Notes: generated from the sequence alone by a model not told the origin. DNA of 64,000 nt from Kiritimatiellia bacterium (GCA_007134735.1 SLKG01000004.1:504-64503); one strand, 5' to 3'. Counted from the first letter of the stretch, positions 28,458-37,673 are shown. Numbers and translations: made by a program.

Positions 28458-29390
28458 ATGAGTCACACCATCAAAGGGCGATTGACGTTTGCGACTTTCT
28501 TCAAGACGTGCCTGCTGGCGGGGTTGGGTTTCTGGTTGATTGGCCTGCTGGTCACATCGGTATGGATGGTGGGCCATTTCTTATGGATCGGGGCGGATGA
28601 ACACGCGGTTCCGAGGGACGTTTCCCGGGTGTACGAAATCCTGTACTTCCTGCTTGTGTCCGCGGGTACAACGTTGGTTTGGATGTTGTCGCTCGCGATC
28701 CTGGGATATCCCCTGTACTGGTGGTTCGCGAAGATCCGGGGCGGACTAACGGTACGCGTCGTTGCGGGTGATGTCTCGGATCGGCAGGCCTTTCTGCGTT
28801 TTCTCAGACTGTGGTTTCCCTGCTTCCTGAAAGTGCTCCCGGTGGTCCTGGTGTTAAGCGGCGCCGTCGCGGCGGTCCAGGCTGTCCGTGAGATTCCCTA
28901 TTACCGGGCCGCATCCATGGTTTTGTTGACTTCCGACCTGCCCGTAGAGCGCGTCCAGGAAGTGCGGTGGGAAGAGCAGCCGAACGTAATTCTGACGCAA
29001 GTGCCTCTCATGAACAGTTCCCATATTCAGCGCGAGGCGCGAAAGCGTTTGGGGAGACCTCAAGAGGAAATCCGGGAGAAGATAAAGTCCGTTTCCGTGA
29101 ACGCGCTATGGCGCACAAGCATTATCCAGGTGACCGTGGAAGCGTATGATCCCGTTCTGGCGGCCGAGTATGCAAACGCGATAGTGGATGTGTACATGGA
29201 GTATGCGCAGGCGGACGGGGATCGACCGTTCCTCATTCAGGTGCTTCAGCGGGCGCAGCCTGCAACCGAACCCGCCTCTCCGGGGATCGTGCAGAGAATC
29301 CTCGCCGCCATGGGTATCGGCCTTTTGATCGCACTGGCTCTGTCCATTCTCTGGGCTGCGTTGCGATACCATGCCCGTCCTGCCCGCTGA
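28458..29390 (+). CDS. polytopic membrane protein with a Wzz/GumC-like (polysaccharide co-polymerase) C-terminal region
   Basis: The ATG at 28458 gives MSHTIKGRLTFATFF.... There are several N-terminal TM segments. The C-terminal part has SIIQVTVEAYDPVLAAEYANAIVDVY and a Pro-rich motif (AQPATEPASPG) followed by a terminal TM segment, as in PCP proteins. The periplasmic part is much shorter than in classic Wzz. Confidence 0.4.
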   Translation: MSHTIKGRLTFATFFKTCLLAGLGFWLIGLLVTSVWMVGHFLWIGADEHAVPRDVSRVYEILYFLLVSAGTTLVWMLSLAILGYPLYWWFAKIRGGLTVRVVAGDVSDRQAFLRFLRLWFPCFLKVLPVVLVLSGAVAAVQAVREIPYYRAASMVLLTSDLPVERVQEVRWEEQPNVILTQVPLMNSSHIQREARKRLGRPQEEIREKIKSVSVNALWRTSIIQVTVEAYDPVLAAEYANAIVDVYMEYAQADGDRPFLIQVLQRAQPATEPASPGIVQRILAAMGIGLLIALALSILWAALRYHARPAR

Positions 29391-29835
29391 TTGGAAACAC
29401 ATTCGGCGTACGTACTTGCAATCGTTATCCGTTCTCGTCGCCGCCATCGTTCACCAATTAGAAGAGGCAATCCGAAAAGAACGCAAAGACGAAGAATTGA
29501 CCACGGAGTAAGACAGAGGCGCGGAGCAGAAGAGATGAACGGATGGACAGATGGAGGAGGTAGGAATCGTTGTCGTCGTACTCGTCCTCGTTCTCGTCCT
29601 CGAAAATCGGTACAGCGTGCGATTGATCGATTAAGCAGTTCGACTAAGCGTATCCGATCAAGTGTGGGGACGAAGGGTGGCGATGAAGCGTAGGAATCGG
29701 GAGGGGCAGCGTCCCCGCTGCCCGGTACGCTGTTGGACGGTTGCTGCCGATGATCAATTGCGGTGTATGCATTCATGGTCCGCGTGGTCGCGGACCCTCC
29801 CGAAGACAGGGAATGAGCAAAGTTATCGCACAGCC

Positions 29836-29932
29836 TTCCAACAACTGGAAGAAACCCGGTATATATCCTCCAACGGTTGGAAACGGGTCCTGAAAATAGT
29901 TCCAACGATTGGGAAAGTCGGGCTAGAGAGCG
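29836..29932. repeat. three degenerate ~32-nt tandem units, each with a short palindromic core (TCCAAC-n-TTGGA)
   Basis: The cores are ttccaacaactggaa (29836), tccaacggttgga (29869) and ttccaacgattgggaa (29900). Each is followed by an (a)aac/gtc-ggg-type tail. Confidence 0.6.
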
Positions 29933-29997
29933 CTCGTACGCAATGTGCCTCTGAAAGGCATTCGTCCTCGTCCTCGTCCTCGAAAACAGGATCGCGC

Positions 29998-30132
29998 GGG
30001 AGGGGATACAGGGATGGGTGGAAACCGGCTTGTGGGTCGGAACGTGCACATCGCTGTTTCGTACCCTGTTTCTTTTCGGATTGCGAGAACGGCGACGAGA
30101 ATGGTGGACGATTATATCTTCCCTCGTAATCC
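29998..30132 (+). repeat. non-coding repeat element, copy X1 (~135 nt)
   Basis: It begins gggaggggata and ends cttccctcgtaatcc. It aligns with 30262-30401 over its whole length, with several 1-9-nt indels. Confidence 0.8.
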
Positions 30133-30261
30133 GTAATCGTCGCGCGTAATCGCGTGAGCGACGTTGTCGCAACGCGACTCACGTCGTCGCCGTTCGCGTC
30201 CATCGGTGATCCAAGATGGAACAAGAATCGAAACAGAAACCGCACGAAGTTCTTTCCTCCT

Positions 30262-30401
30262 GGGAGGGGATTAAGGGGTGGGTGAAAGCCGGCTTGTGGG
30301 TGGTGCCGGGCACGTCGCTGTTTCGTATCCCTGTTTCCTTTCGGATTACGAGAACGGGCGACGATTACGGCAAACGATTATGTCTTCCCTCATCCGAATC
30401 C
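30262..30401 (+). repeat. non-coding repeat element, copy X2 (~140 nt)
   Basis: It begins gggaggggatt and ends cttccctcatccgaatcc, as a direct repeat of X1 264 nt downstream. A more diverged, inverted partial copy lies at about 29418-29500 (shared blocks ttctcgtcgccg and caatccgaaaagaa). Confidence 0.8.
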
Positions 30402-30475
30402 CGCGTGGCCCGACCCGTTTCCCGGGTTTATTTTCTGTTCCGGGATCGGCACACAAGCTATGATGCTCCTTGTTC

Positions 30476-31210
30476 ATGAATGAGACAGGAACCCAGGGCA
30501 ATGCCCGCGAGGTGGTGTTTGAAACCCGCGAGGTGACGAAGATCTACCTTATGGGGGAGGTAAAGATCCACGCGTTGCGCGGCGTGGACATGGAGCTCTA
30601 CGCCGGGGAACTGGCCGTATTGCTCGGGCCGTCCGGCTGCGGAAAATCGACCCTTCTGAATATACTCGGTGGTCTGGACGTGGCCACGGCGGGCACCGTG
30701 CGATACCGGGACACCGATTTGACCACGGCGGGCGAACGGGCGCTGACCCAGTACCGGCGTCACCAGGTCGGCTTTGTCTTCCAATTCTACAATATGATCC
30801 CAAGCCTGACGGCGCGTGAGAATGTAGCCATTGTGACCGAAATTGCCCGAAATCCCCTTTCCCCGGAAGACGCCTTGGAATTGGTCGGCCTGAAAGAACG
30901 CATGGATCATTTTCCCTCGCAGCTATCGGGCGGGGAACAACAGCGCGTAGCCATCGCCCGCGCCATCGCGAAACAACCGACCGTGCTGTTGTGCGACGAA
31001 CCGACCGGTGCGCTCGACTCAAAGACCAGCGTTTCCGTGTTGAAGGCCATTCAAACCATCAATGATGAGCTGGGGACAACGACGGCGCTGATTACTCACA
31101 ATGAAGTCATTGGGGAGATGGCGGAACGGGTCATCCGCATGCGCGATGGGATCATCCATGATGTCCGGTCCAATGAACAACGCCGCTCGCCGGAAGAACT
31201 GACCTGGTGA
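30476..31210 (+). CDS. ABC transporter ATP-binding protein (MacB/LolD/DevA-type)
   Basis: Walker [10 protein letters not shown], signature [14 protein letters not shown], Walker [12 protein letters not shown]. The ATG at 30476 is preferred over the TTG at 30470. Confidence 0.9.
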   Translation: MNETGTQGNAREVVFETREVTKIYLMGEVKIHALRGVDMELYAGELAVLLGPSGCGKSTLLNILGGLDVATAGTVRYRDTDLTTAGERALTQYRRHQVGFVFQFYNMIPSLTARENVAIVTEIARNPLSPEDALELVGLKERMDHFPSQLSGGEQQRVAIARAIAKQPTVLLCDEPTGALDSKTSVSVLKAIQTINDELGTTTALITHNEVIGEMAERVIRMRDGIIHDVRSNEQRRSPEELTW

Positions 31211-33576
31211 CCGTCATGCGCGCGATCCACCGCAAGCTGTTACGCGATGTCTTAAGGATGAAAGGCCAGGTGGCTGCCATCGGAGTGGTGATGGCGGCGG
31301 GCGTGATGTCCCTGATCGTTTCGCTGACCACCGTGGACGCGCTCACCCTGACCAAGGATCGGTTTTATCAGGAGTATCACTATGCGGATGTGTTCGCCAA
31401 CCTGACACGCGCTCCGAATTACCTGGAAGGCCGCCTGCGGGAAATCCGGGGGGTGGACCAACTGAATACGCGGGTATTCGCACCGGTGCGGTTGGAGGTG
31501 CCGTATTTTGAAGACCCGGTGCGCGGACACATCATCTCGATTCCGGACGGACGCCAACCATCGGTGAATCGGCTCTACATACGGGAGGGCCGGCTGCCGG
31601 CGCCGGACCGCACAGAGGAGGTGGCGGTAAGCGCGGCCTTCGCCGATGCGCATGGACTCCGGGCCGGGGACCGGCTTCGGGTCATCATCCGGGGCGCCCT
31701 GGAGGATGTCACCATCACCGGGTTGGTGCTCTCGCCGGAATTTGTGTATCAGGTCGCGCCGACCGACCTGATGCCGGACTACAAGCGCTATGCCGTTCTC
31801 TGGATGAATCGCAGGGCCTTGTCGCGGGCGTTTGCCATGGAAGGCGGCTTTAACAATGTTGTTCTGACCCTTCAACGGGGGATGCGCGCGGAGCCGGTGA
31901 TCGAGGAAATGGACCGGATCCTCGCGCCGTACGGTGGAATTGGGGCGCATGATCGGGACGATCAATTTTCGCACCGCTTTCTGTCGGAGGAGATTCAGCA
32001 GATCCGGGCGATGACGACGGTCATGCCGACGATATTTATGGGCGTAGCCGTCTTTCTCCTGCACGTGCTCATGGGCCGGATCGTGCGCACCCAGCGGGAG
32101 CAGGTGGCGGTGTTGAAGGCGTTCGGATACGACAACCGGCACCTGGCCGTGCATTATGGAAGCCTGACCGGGCTCATCGTATTGCTCGGTTCGACGGTGG
32201 GCATTCTGTTCGGGGCCTGGGCGGCGGACTGGATGGCCCGGCTGTACCTGGAATACTTCCATTTTCCGGAATTGAGTTTCCGTCTCCAGCCCTGGGTCAT
32301 GCTCCTGGCGCTGGCCGTGGCCGGGGGGGCGGCTTGTTTCGGGGCGTTTGCCTCCGTGCGCTCGGCGGTGAAACTGCCGCCCGCGGAAGCCATGCGTCCG
32401 GCGCCGCCGGAACGGTATTCCGAGGGCTGGGTGGAGCATTCGCCTCTGATCCGATGGCTGGGACAATCCACCCGCATCATCATCCGCAACATGTCTCGGC
32501 ATCCCCTCAAGACCACCCTCTCGGTCCTCGGCATCAGCCTGTCCGGCGCTCTGCTGGTGGTCGGCGGTTTTCAGTTCCATGCCGTGGATCACATGATCGA
32601 CGTGCAGTATCGGCTGGTGCAGAAGATGGATGTGCATCTCACCTTTACCGAACCGACTCCCGAGCGGGCTCTCCACGAACTACCGCATCAGCCGGGGGTG
32701 CTTTACGCGGAGGGCTACCGGTCCGTTCCGGTGCGCCTGATCCACGGTGTACGGGAATATCAGACGAGTATCCTGGGCCTGGAACGGGATGCCCGGTTAC
32801 GCGGTCTGATCGACCAGGAGTACCGGCCCGTACCGCTTTTGCCGGAGGGTTTCATGATGACCCGGTACCTGGCCGACTACCTGGGCGTTTCGGTGGGGGA
32901 ATCGGTTCGCGTAGAGATCATGGAAGGCCATCGGCGCACGTTGATGCTTCCGTTGGCGGGGATGGTGGATGAGCCGCTCGGGGTCAGCGCCTACATGGAA
33001 CGGCGCGCCCTGAACCGGATCATGCGGGAAGGGCCGGCGCTGTCCGGCGCGTGGTTGTTGATCGACCGCACCCGGGAACGGGAATTGTATGATCGTCTGC
33101 GGGACATGTCCCGCATCGCCGGGATCGGATTGGTCGGGGATGCGGAGCGGTCCTTCCGCGAGCATATGGAAACCATGCTGGGATTCATGATGATCATGTT
33201 TTTACTGGCGATCTCCATCGCGTTTGCGGTGGTGTACAACAATGCGCGCATCGCGCTGGCCGAACGCACGCGGGAACTGGCGACCCTGCGGGTACTGGGA
33301 TTTACGCAGGGTGAAGTGAGCTGGATCCTGGTCGGAGAGATCATGATCCTGGCGTTGCTGGCGATCCCTCTCGGGTGGGGGATCGGCACGCTGTTCGCGT
33401 ACCTGCTGAACCAGGCGTTGACGGTGGACATTTACCGCGTTCCGTTTGTGGTGTCGCGGTGGACGTATGCCTTCGCCGCCGCGGGAGTATTCGGAGCCTC
33501 CGCGATTTCCACCTTGCTAATGACAAGGCGATTGCGCAGGCTGGATATGGTGACGGCGCTCAAAGCGGTGGAATAA
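31207..33576 (+). CDS. ABC transporter permease with two FtsX/MacB-type domains
   Basis: 789 aa, with two four-TM FtsX-like modules separated by a large extracytoplasmic region. The start (GTG 31207 or ATG 31216) abuts the ATPase stop. Confidence 0.85.
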   Translation: MTVMRAIHRKLLRDVLRMKGQVAAIGVVMAAGVMSLIVSLTTVDALTLTKDRFYQEYHYADVFANLTRAPNYLEGRLREIRGVDQLNTRVFAPVRLEVPYFEDPVRGHIISIPDGRQPSVNRLYIREGRLPAPDRTEEVAVSAAFADAHGLRAGDRLRVIIRGALEDVTITGLVLSPEFVYQVAPTDLMPDYKRYAVLWMNRRALSRAFAMEGGFNNVVLTLQRGMRAEPVIEEMDRILAPYGGIGAHDRDDQFSHRFLSEEIQQIRAMTTVMPTIFMGVAVFLLHVLMGRIVRTQREQVAVLKAFGYDNRHLAVHYGSLTGLIVLLGSTVGILFGAWAADWMARLYLEYFHFPELSFRLQPWVMLLALAVAGGAACFGAFASVRSAVKLPPAEAMRPAPPERYSEGWVEHSPLIRWLGQSTRIIIRNMSRHPLKTTLSVLGISLSGALLVVGGFQFHAVDHMIDVQYRLVQKMDVHLTFTEPTPERALHELPHQPGVLYAEGYRSVPVRLIHGVREYQTSILGLERDARLRGLIDQEYRPVPLLPEGFMMTRYLADYLGVSVGESVRVEIMEGHRRTLMLPLAGMVDEPLGVSAYMERRALNRIMREGPALSGAWLLIDRTRERELYDRLRDMSRIAGIGLVGDAERSFREHMETMLGFMMIMFLLAISIAFAVVYNNARIALAERTRELATLRVLGFTQGEVSWILVGEIMILALLAIPLGWGIGTLFAYLLNQALTVDIYRVPFVVSRWTYAFAAAGVFGASAISTLLMTRRLRRLDMVTALKAVE

Positions 33577-33578
33577 TC

Positions 33579-34781
33579 ATGAAACGTAAAATCATTGTGG
33601 CGCTTATCGGGGCGGGCATCGTCTTCGGGCTTGTGATGGCGTTATGGCCCGCGCCCGTGCCGGTCAGCGCGGTGTCGGCGGAACGGAATCACTTCACGGA
33701 ATACGTGGAGGAGGAAGGGCGCACGGATCTTCGGGATCCGTACACCATGACCGCCCCGATCGGCGGATATTTGCGTCGTATCACGTTGGAGGTGGGCGAC
33801 GATGTATCGGCGGGCGACGTATTATTCGAGCTGGAAGCCATCCCGGCGCCGGCCCTGGATGTGCGGACGCGGGAGCAGGCTCGTGAAGCCGCCGGCGCGG
33901 CGCGTGCGCGCATGGATGCGGCGGAAGCCGAACTGGAGGCGCGCGTCTCGGAGGCGCGATGGGCAGGAAAGGAATATGAGCGGGGCGAAGCCCTGCATGA
34001 GCAGGGGCATATCAGCCTGGCCGAGATGGATCGATTGGGCACGGAGCGGGATCGGGCGGTGAGCGCGGAACGGGCGGCCCGCAACACGCTGGAAACAGCC
34101 TCTTATGAATGGAGGAATGCGCAGGCGGTGCTTGATATCGAGGAAGGGCGCCGGGCGCCCGAGGATGCTCCGGTGCTGCGCGTGCGGGCGCCGATTACGG
34201 GAAACGTATTGGCCCGGCATCGGAGGGACGAAGGGCCCGTTCAGGCCGGGGAGCCCCTGTTGGAACTGGGCGATCTCTCCCAACTTGAAGTCCGCGTGGA
34301 TGTGCTGTCCATGGACGCCGTGCGCGTAGAGGAGGGAATGAAGGTGGTGCTGATGCGCTGGGGCGGCGACCGGGATCTGGCCGCGCGGGTGAGACGGGTG
34401 GAACCCAGCGGGTTCATGCGCGTATCCGCCCTTGGCGTGGAGGAGCAACGGGTCCCGGTGCTCGTGGTCCTGGATGCGCCGCGCGAGGATTGGGCGCGCC
34501 TCGGAAAAGGGTATCGCGTGGAGGCTCGCTTTATTCTCTGGGAGGGTGACGACGTACTCCAGATACCGGTGAGCGCCCTGTTCCGTCATGAAGATGAATG
34601 GGCGGTGTTCGTGGTCGAGGACAGCCGGGCGGTCCGGCGCCGGATCGAACCGGGCCGGCGAAGCGGTCTCTGGACCCAGGTTTTGTCCGGACTCGAGGCG
34701 GGCGAGACGGTCATTATTCACCCGGGCGATCACATTGAGGACGGCGTCCGGGTCGAGGTTGAAATGCGGCCGTATCGGTGA
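33579..34781 (+). CDS. HlyD-family periplasmic adaptor (membrane fusion protein)
   Basis: The ATG at 33579 gives MKRKIIVALIGAGIVFGL (TM anchor). It has a lipoyl-like segment (APIGGYLRRITLEVGDDVSAGDVL), a coiled coil (ARMDAAEAELEARVSEA) and a beta-barrel C-terminus. Confidence 0.85.
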   Translation: MKRKIIVALIGAGIVFGLVMALWPAPVPVSAVSAERNHFTEYVEEEGRTDLRDPYTMTAPIGGYLRRITLEVGDDVSAGDVLFELEAIPAPALDVRTREQAREAAGAARARMDAAEAELEARVSEARWAGKEYERGEALHEQGHISLAEMDRLGTERDRAVSAERAARNTLETASYEWRNAQAVLDIEEGRRAPEDAPVLRVRAPITGNVLARHRRDEGPVQAGEPLLELGDLSQLEVRVDVLSMDAVRVEEGMKVVLMRWGGDRDLAARVRRVEPSGFMRVSALGVEEQRVPVLVVLDAPREDWARLGKGYRVEARFILWEGDDVLQIPVSALFRHEDEWAVFVVEDSRAVRRRIEPGRRSGLWTQVLSGLEAGETVIIHPGDHIEDGVRVEVEMRPYR

Positions 34782-34783
34782 GA

Positions 34784-34818
34784 AGTCCTTAGTCCTTGGT
34801 CCTTGGTCCCTGGTCTTT
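34784..34818. repeat. heptanucleotide tandem repeat (RGTCYYT x5) between convergent genes
   Basis: Read directly: agtcctt agtcctt ggtcctt ggtccct ggtcttt. It fills almost the whole 38-nt spacer. Confidence 0.85.
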
Positions 34819-34819
34819 T

Positions 34820-35500
34820 TTATCCCGCCCATGTTTGCCTGATCGTAGTGTAGATCCAGGCGTACGCGTGCACCGCCGCGTTCAAGAAATACCCCGTCCA
34901 TTGTTCCCAGGTCGCGTCCGTGACCGCGACGATGCCCATGCAGACCATGATCGCATTCAGCAGGTAGATCAGCGTGTAGGAAAACAGCCGGCCGTGTTCC
35001 TGGATGTCGGGCTGTTTCTGCGCCAGGGCGGAAAGGGTGAACGTAAGATGAAAGCTCCATGTCAACCCGATCCATCCCAGCCAGACGGGTTCGTACAAGC
35101 TCATGTCGTAGAAAGCGGACAGGGCCAAGTAGAGCAAAAGAACACATATCGTGTAAAAGGGGAAGAAATACGGGGCCAGTGTGATGATGAAGTTCGTGCG
35201 CGATAATTTCACGTGACCGCTGTTCGCGGAAACCCGCAGACCCTTGATCCGGGCTCCCATCATCCAGGCCCAGACGATGTGGGTCAGTTCATGCGCCAGC
35301 ACGTAGGCGCGCACGGGCCGCGGGAGGACCGCGTACAGAAACAGCCAGAACAGGAACCCGATGAGCAGACCCCATACGGACGGGGAGAGACCGCGGTCGG
35401 GCGTAGACTGGATCAGGCGGAAGAGTTCCGTCAGGGCCCCGGTGACCGCCACACAGGCCGGGATCAAGGCCAGGCCCACAATGAATTTGAACACTTTCAT
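34820..35500 (-). CDS. integral membrane protein with HExxH motif (putative zinc metalloprotease, M50B/DUF3267-like)
   Basis: 226 aa with about 6 TM segments. It has AHELTHIVWAWMMGA at a membrane boundary. The family assignment is from memory only. Confidence 0.45.
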   Translation of the reverse strand: MKVFKFIVGLALIPACVAVTGALTELFRLIQSTPDRGLSPSVWGLLIGFLFWLFLYAVLPRPVRAYVLAHELTHIVWAWMMGARIKGLRVSANSGHVKLSRTNFIITLAPYFFPFYTICVLLLYLALSAFYDMSLYEPVWLGWIGLTWSFHLTFTLSALAQKQPDIQEHGRLFSYTLIYLLNAIMVCMGIVAVTDATWEQWTGYFLNAAVHAYAWIYTTIRQTWAG

Positions 35501-35509
35501 GATAAGATG

Positions 35510-35537
35510 TTGACTTCGAGGGGTTCCTTTCTACTAT
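35510..35537 (+). promoter_or_regulatory. sigma70-like promoter upstream of rpsT
   Basis: TTGACT (35510-35515), a 16-nt spacer, then TACTAT (35532-35537). A GGAG site lies 8 nt before the rpsT ATG. Confidence 0.5.
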
Positions 35538-35588
35538 GTCACGACTCAATACAGCAATTACGTTTTGGATTAGAAACGGAGTAGATTC

Positions 35589-35852
35589 ATGCCGAACATT
35601 AAAAGTGCCAAGAAACGGCTGCGCACGTCGGAACGTCAGTACCAGGAAAACAGACCGGTCCGCACCCGGGTGGGAACCATGCGGCGCAAGTTTCTGGAGA
35701 CGCTGGAGGCGGGCGACCGCGCCGCCATGACGGAGGCGTTTCGCGCATACTGTTCATCCTTGGACCGGGCGGCGAAGCAGGGTGTTATCAAGAAGAACAC
35801 CGCCATTCGCAGCAAGACCCGGGCGGCCAACAAGATCCGGTCCCTGTCCTGA
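35589..35852 (+). CDS. rpsT: 30S ribosomal protein S20
   Basis: MPNIKSAKKRLRTSERQ...; 87 aa, basic, with the typical S20 N-terminus. Confidence 0.95.
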   Translation: MPNIKSAKKRLRTSERQYQENRPVRTRVGTMRRKFLETLEAGDRAAMTEAFRAYCSSLDRAAKQGVIKKNTAIRSKTRAANKIRSLS

Positions 35853-35932
35853 TCGGCCACGGCTTTTGTCCGACCCGGAGTGATCCGCGCTTGATATGGT
35901 GCGGGGAGCGGGTCGGTTTCGCGCGTGGCCGG

Positions 35933-36472
35933 TCACTGCGGCGTAGGCCACGTTTCCACCATGTGATTAACGATCTGTCTTCCCAGATCCTCACTTGCGT
36001 CCGGAATGGCGGTTAGTTTGGCTGACGTCATATCGCCTACCAGCGGAAATACCGTGTCGCCGGACACGCGATGCGCCTCCACGATTACGTCCCCCTCCGG
36101 GCTGCGTGTCATGAGCAGATTCGCCGTAATGATCATCCGGTATTCGTCCGCGCGGCCGCGGATCTCCCGTTCGTAGGCGACCGGGCTGAGCCTGAAGCCG
36201 GTCAGCGTGATCTCCAGAATGGCGTCGGCTTCGTCGGCTCCCGCGATACGAAGGGAACCGTCCCGCTGGATTTCACGGATGACGGCGCGTGTGACGTCCA
36301 CTTCCAACAAGGGTTCATCGGTCTCATTGAGACAGGTGGGCACATGCACGGTTCGGATATCCGGCGGGAGCATCGATCCAAGCTGATACCCGACACAACC
36401 GGTCAGGTTTGACGCCAGGACCAGGCACAAACCGATAATCCAAAAGCGCGCCGGTTGCAATAGATCATTCAT
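35933..36472 (-). CDS. lptE: LptE-like LPS-assembly lipoprotein
   Basis: It has a lipobox (LTGC) followed by GYQLG. At 179 aa and with its sequence pattern (TVHVP...E.L....V.....DG) it is LptE-like. Its start overlaps the upstream BamD-like gene by 4 nt. Confidence 0.6.
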   Translation of the reverse strand: MNDLLQPARFWIIGLCLVLASNLTGCVGYQLGSMLPPDIRTVHVPTCLNETDEPLLEVDVTRAVIREIQRDGSLRIAGADEADAILEITLTGFRLSPVAYEREIRGRADEYRMIITANLLMTRSPEGDVIVEAHRVSGDTVFPLVGDMTSAKLTAIPDASEDLGRQIVNHMVETWPTPQ

Positions 36473-37470
36473 GGGTTGTCCTTTTCCAATATGGACCTGA
36501 TTTCAGCCGCCCGTGATTCCGCAAAAACATGCCATTCGGATTGAGGGAAATCCTGCATGAGCATTTCATAGGCCATCAAGGCGGCCCGGGGCCGCCGGGC
36601 AATTCGGTCATAATAATCCGCTTTCTTCCACGCGATACGCGCCCGCTGCGTGGTGAGTGTTTCCCTGTAGGCCAGGGCTTCATCCCTATGCTCGGATTCG
36701 GGATAGGCGCGCAGAAACATATTCAATGCGATGAGAGCCGTTTCCGCCGCGCGATCATAATTCCGTTGCTCGCGCGCGATCCGGTACAGGACGCGCGCCC
36801 GACCGAACGAGGCATCTTCCACGAACTCGCTGCGCGGATATCGCGCCTCCACGGTCTCATAGGCGTGGGCGGCCAATTCATACCGGCGGCTCATTTCATG
36901 GGCTCGCCCGAGAAGATACTGCACCTTGGGTGCCCGGTTCCATTGCGGCGCGTTTTCCAGCAGACTTTCAAATTTGGGTATGGCCCGTTCCGGCGTGGCG
37001 GTTTTCCTGAAGAAGAGGAAGCGTCCGCGCCTTTCCTCCAGGTGCTCGGCGGCGATATGGAACTGGCGCTCCAACACTTCGTTGTAGGGAAACAGACCCG
37101 CATAACTACGGATAAGCTTTTCGTATTCCTCGAAGGCGCGGGATTCGCGTCCCCAATCCTCAAGCAAACGGGCGTACTGCAACTGCGCGCGCGCGGCTTC
37201 CCGGGAATGGGGCCAGTATCGCACCAGCGCGCGGTATTGGCGCCGGGCACCGCGGTGCCGGTTCTTTTCAAGCAGGTGGTCGGCGTATTGCAATTGGGTT
37301 TCCGGATTGGAGCGCGCCGGGCGCAGGAGGGAAAAGCGAGACCTGCGCGGCTTCTCTTCCTCGTAGGGGCGGGATGCCTGCGCGGATCCCGCGGCACCGG
37401 TCATCAGGAGCGCGGTCAAAACGCAGAACGCGGCATAGGTTGTCACAGACTTACACATGTCGGCACACAT
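36469..37470 (-). CDS. TPR-repeat outer-membrane assembly factor, BamD/YfiO-like
   Basis: It has a signal peptide, then repeated TPR-like helices with the recurring YP.SE..... pattern (RYWPHSREAA, RYPRSEFVEDA, AYPESEHRDEA, DFPQSEWHVFA). It is co-oriented and overlapping with lptE. Confidence 0.55.
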   Translation of the reverse strand: MCADMCKSVTTYAAFCVLTALLMTGAAGSAQASRPYEEEKPRRSRFSLLRPARSNPETQLQYADHLLEKNRHRGARRQYRALVRYWPHSREAARAQLQYARLLEDWGRESRAFEEYEKLIRSYAGLFPYNEVLERQFHIAAEHLEERRGRFLFFRKTATPERAIPKFESLLENAPQWNRAPKVQYLLGRAHEMSRRYELAAHAYETVEARYPRSEFVEDASFGRARVLYRIAREQRNYDRAAETALIALNMFLRAYPESEHRDEALAYRETLTTQRARIAWKKADYYDRIARRPRAALMAYEMLMQDFPQSEWHVFAESRAAEIRSILEKDNP

Positions 37471-37673
37471 TAGAAGCGCTTGAGGGCGTGGTCAAGCGGC
37501 AAAATGGCGAGCCACTAGAAAGGACGGAAACCCGTGCTTTGCCGAATGCCCGGAGAGCGGAGATCCGGTTGCCGGCGATTCGGGCTTTCCATACCGGTGA
37601 AAGATGTCGTAGGCTTGGAGCGTTTGGAACCGGGAACGCAGAAACGCCATTCCACCATGACCATAATTCAGCC

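Noticed and set aside
29246-30172. 308-aa minus-strand ORF spanning the non-coding gap (and shorter ORFs at 29662-30129, 29823-30245, 30216-30479)
   Set aside because: The products are Arg/Ser-rich nonsense-like sequences. The longest overlaps the 3' end of the Wzz-like gene. The duplicated X1 and X2 segments differ by frame-shifting indels, so no frame is conserved between copies.
29998-30401. Idea that X1 and X2 encode tandem precursor peptides exported by the adjacent ABC/HlyD system
   Set aside because: A short shared peptide, PCF(F/L)SD(C/Y)ENG, exists in one frame. Single-nucleotide indels on both sides change the frame between copies, and there are no start codons or ribosome-binding sites in equivalent positions.
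29391-30475. CRISPR array
   Set aside because: The repeats are about 135 nt long, diverged and indel-rich, with only 2-3 copies. There are no regular spacers and no cas genes.
31252-32676. 474-aa ORF on the minus strand
   Set aside because: It is antisense to the double-FtsX ABC permease. It has an Arg/His/Pro/Gly-rich composition and no recognisable motifs.
33822-35147. 441-aa ORF on the minus strand
   Set aside because: It is antisense to the HlyD adaptor and out of frame with the HExxH membrane protein. It has no motifs and a shadow-ORF composition.
36529-37473. 314-aa ORF on the plus strand
   Set aside because: It is antisense to the BamD-like TPR gene. That gene has a signal peptide, regular TPR periodicity and a 4-nt coupling to lptE.
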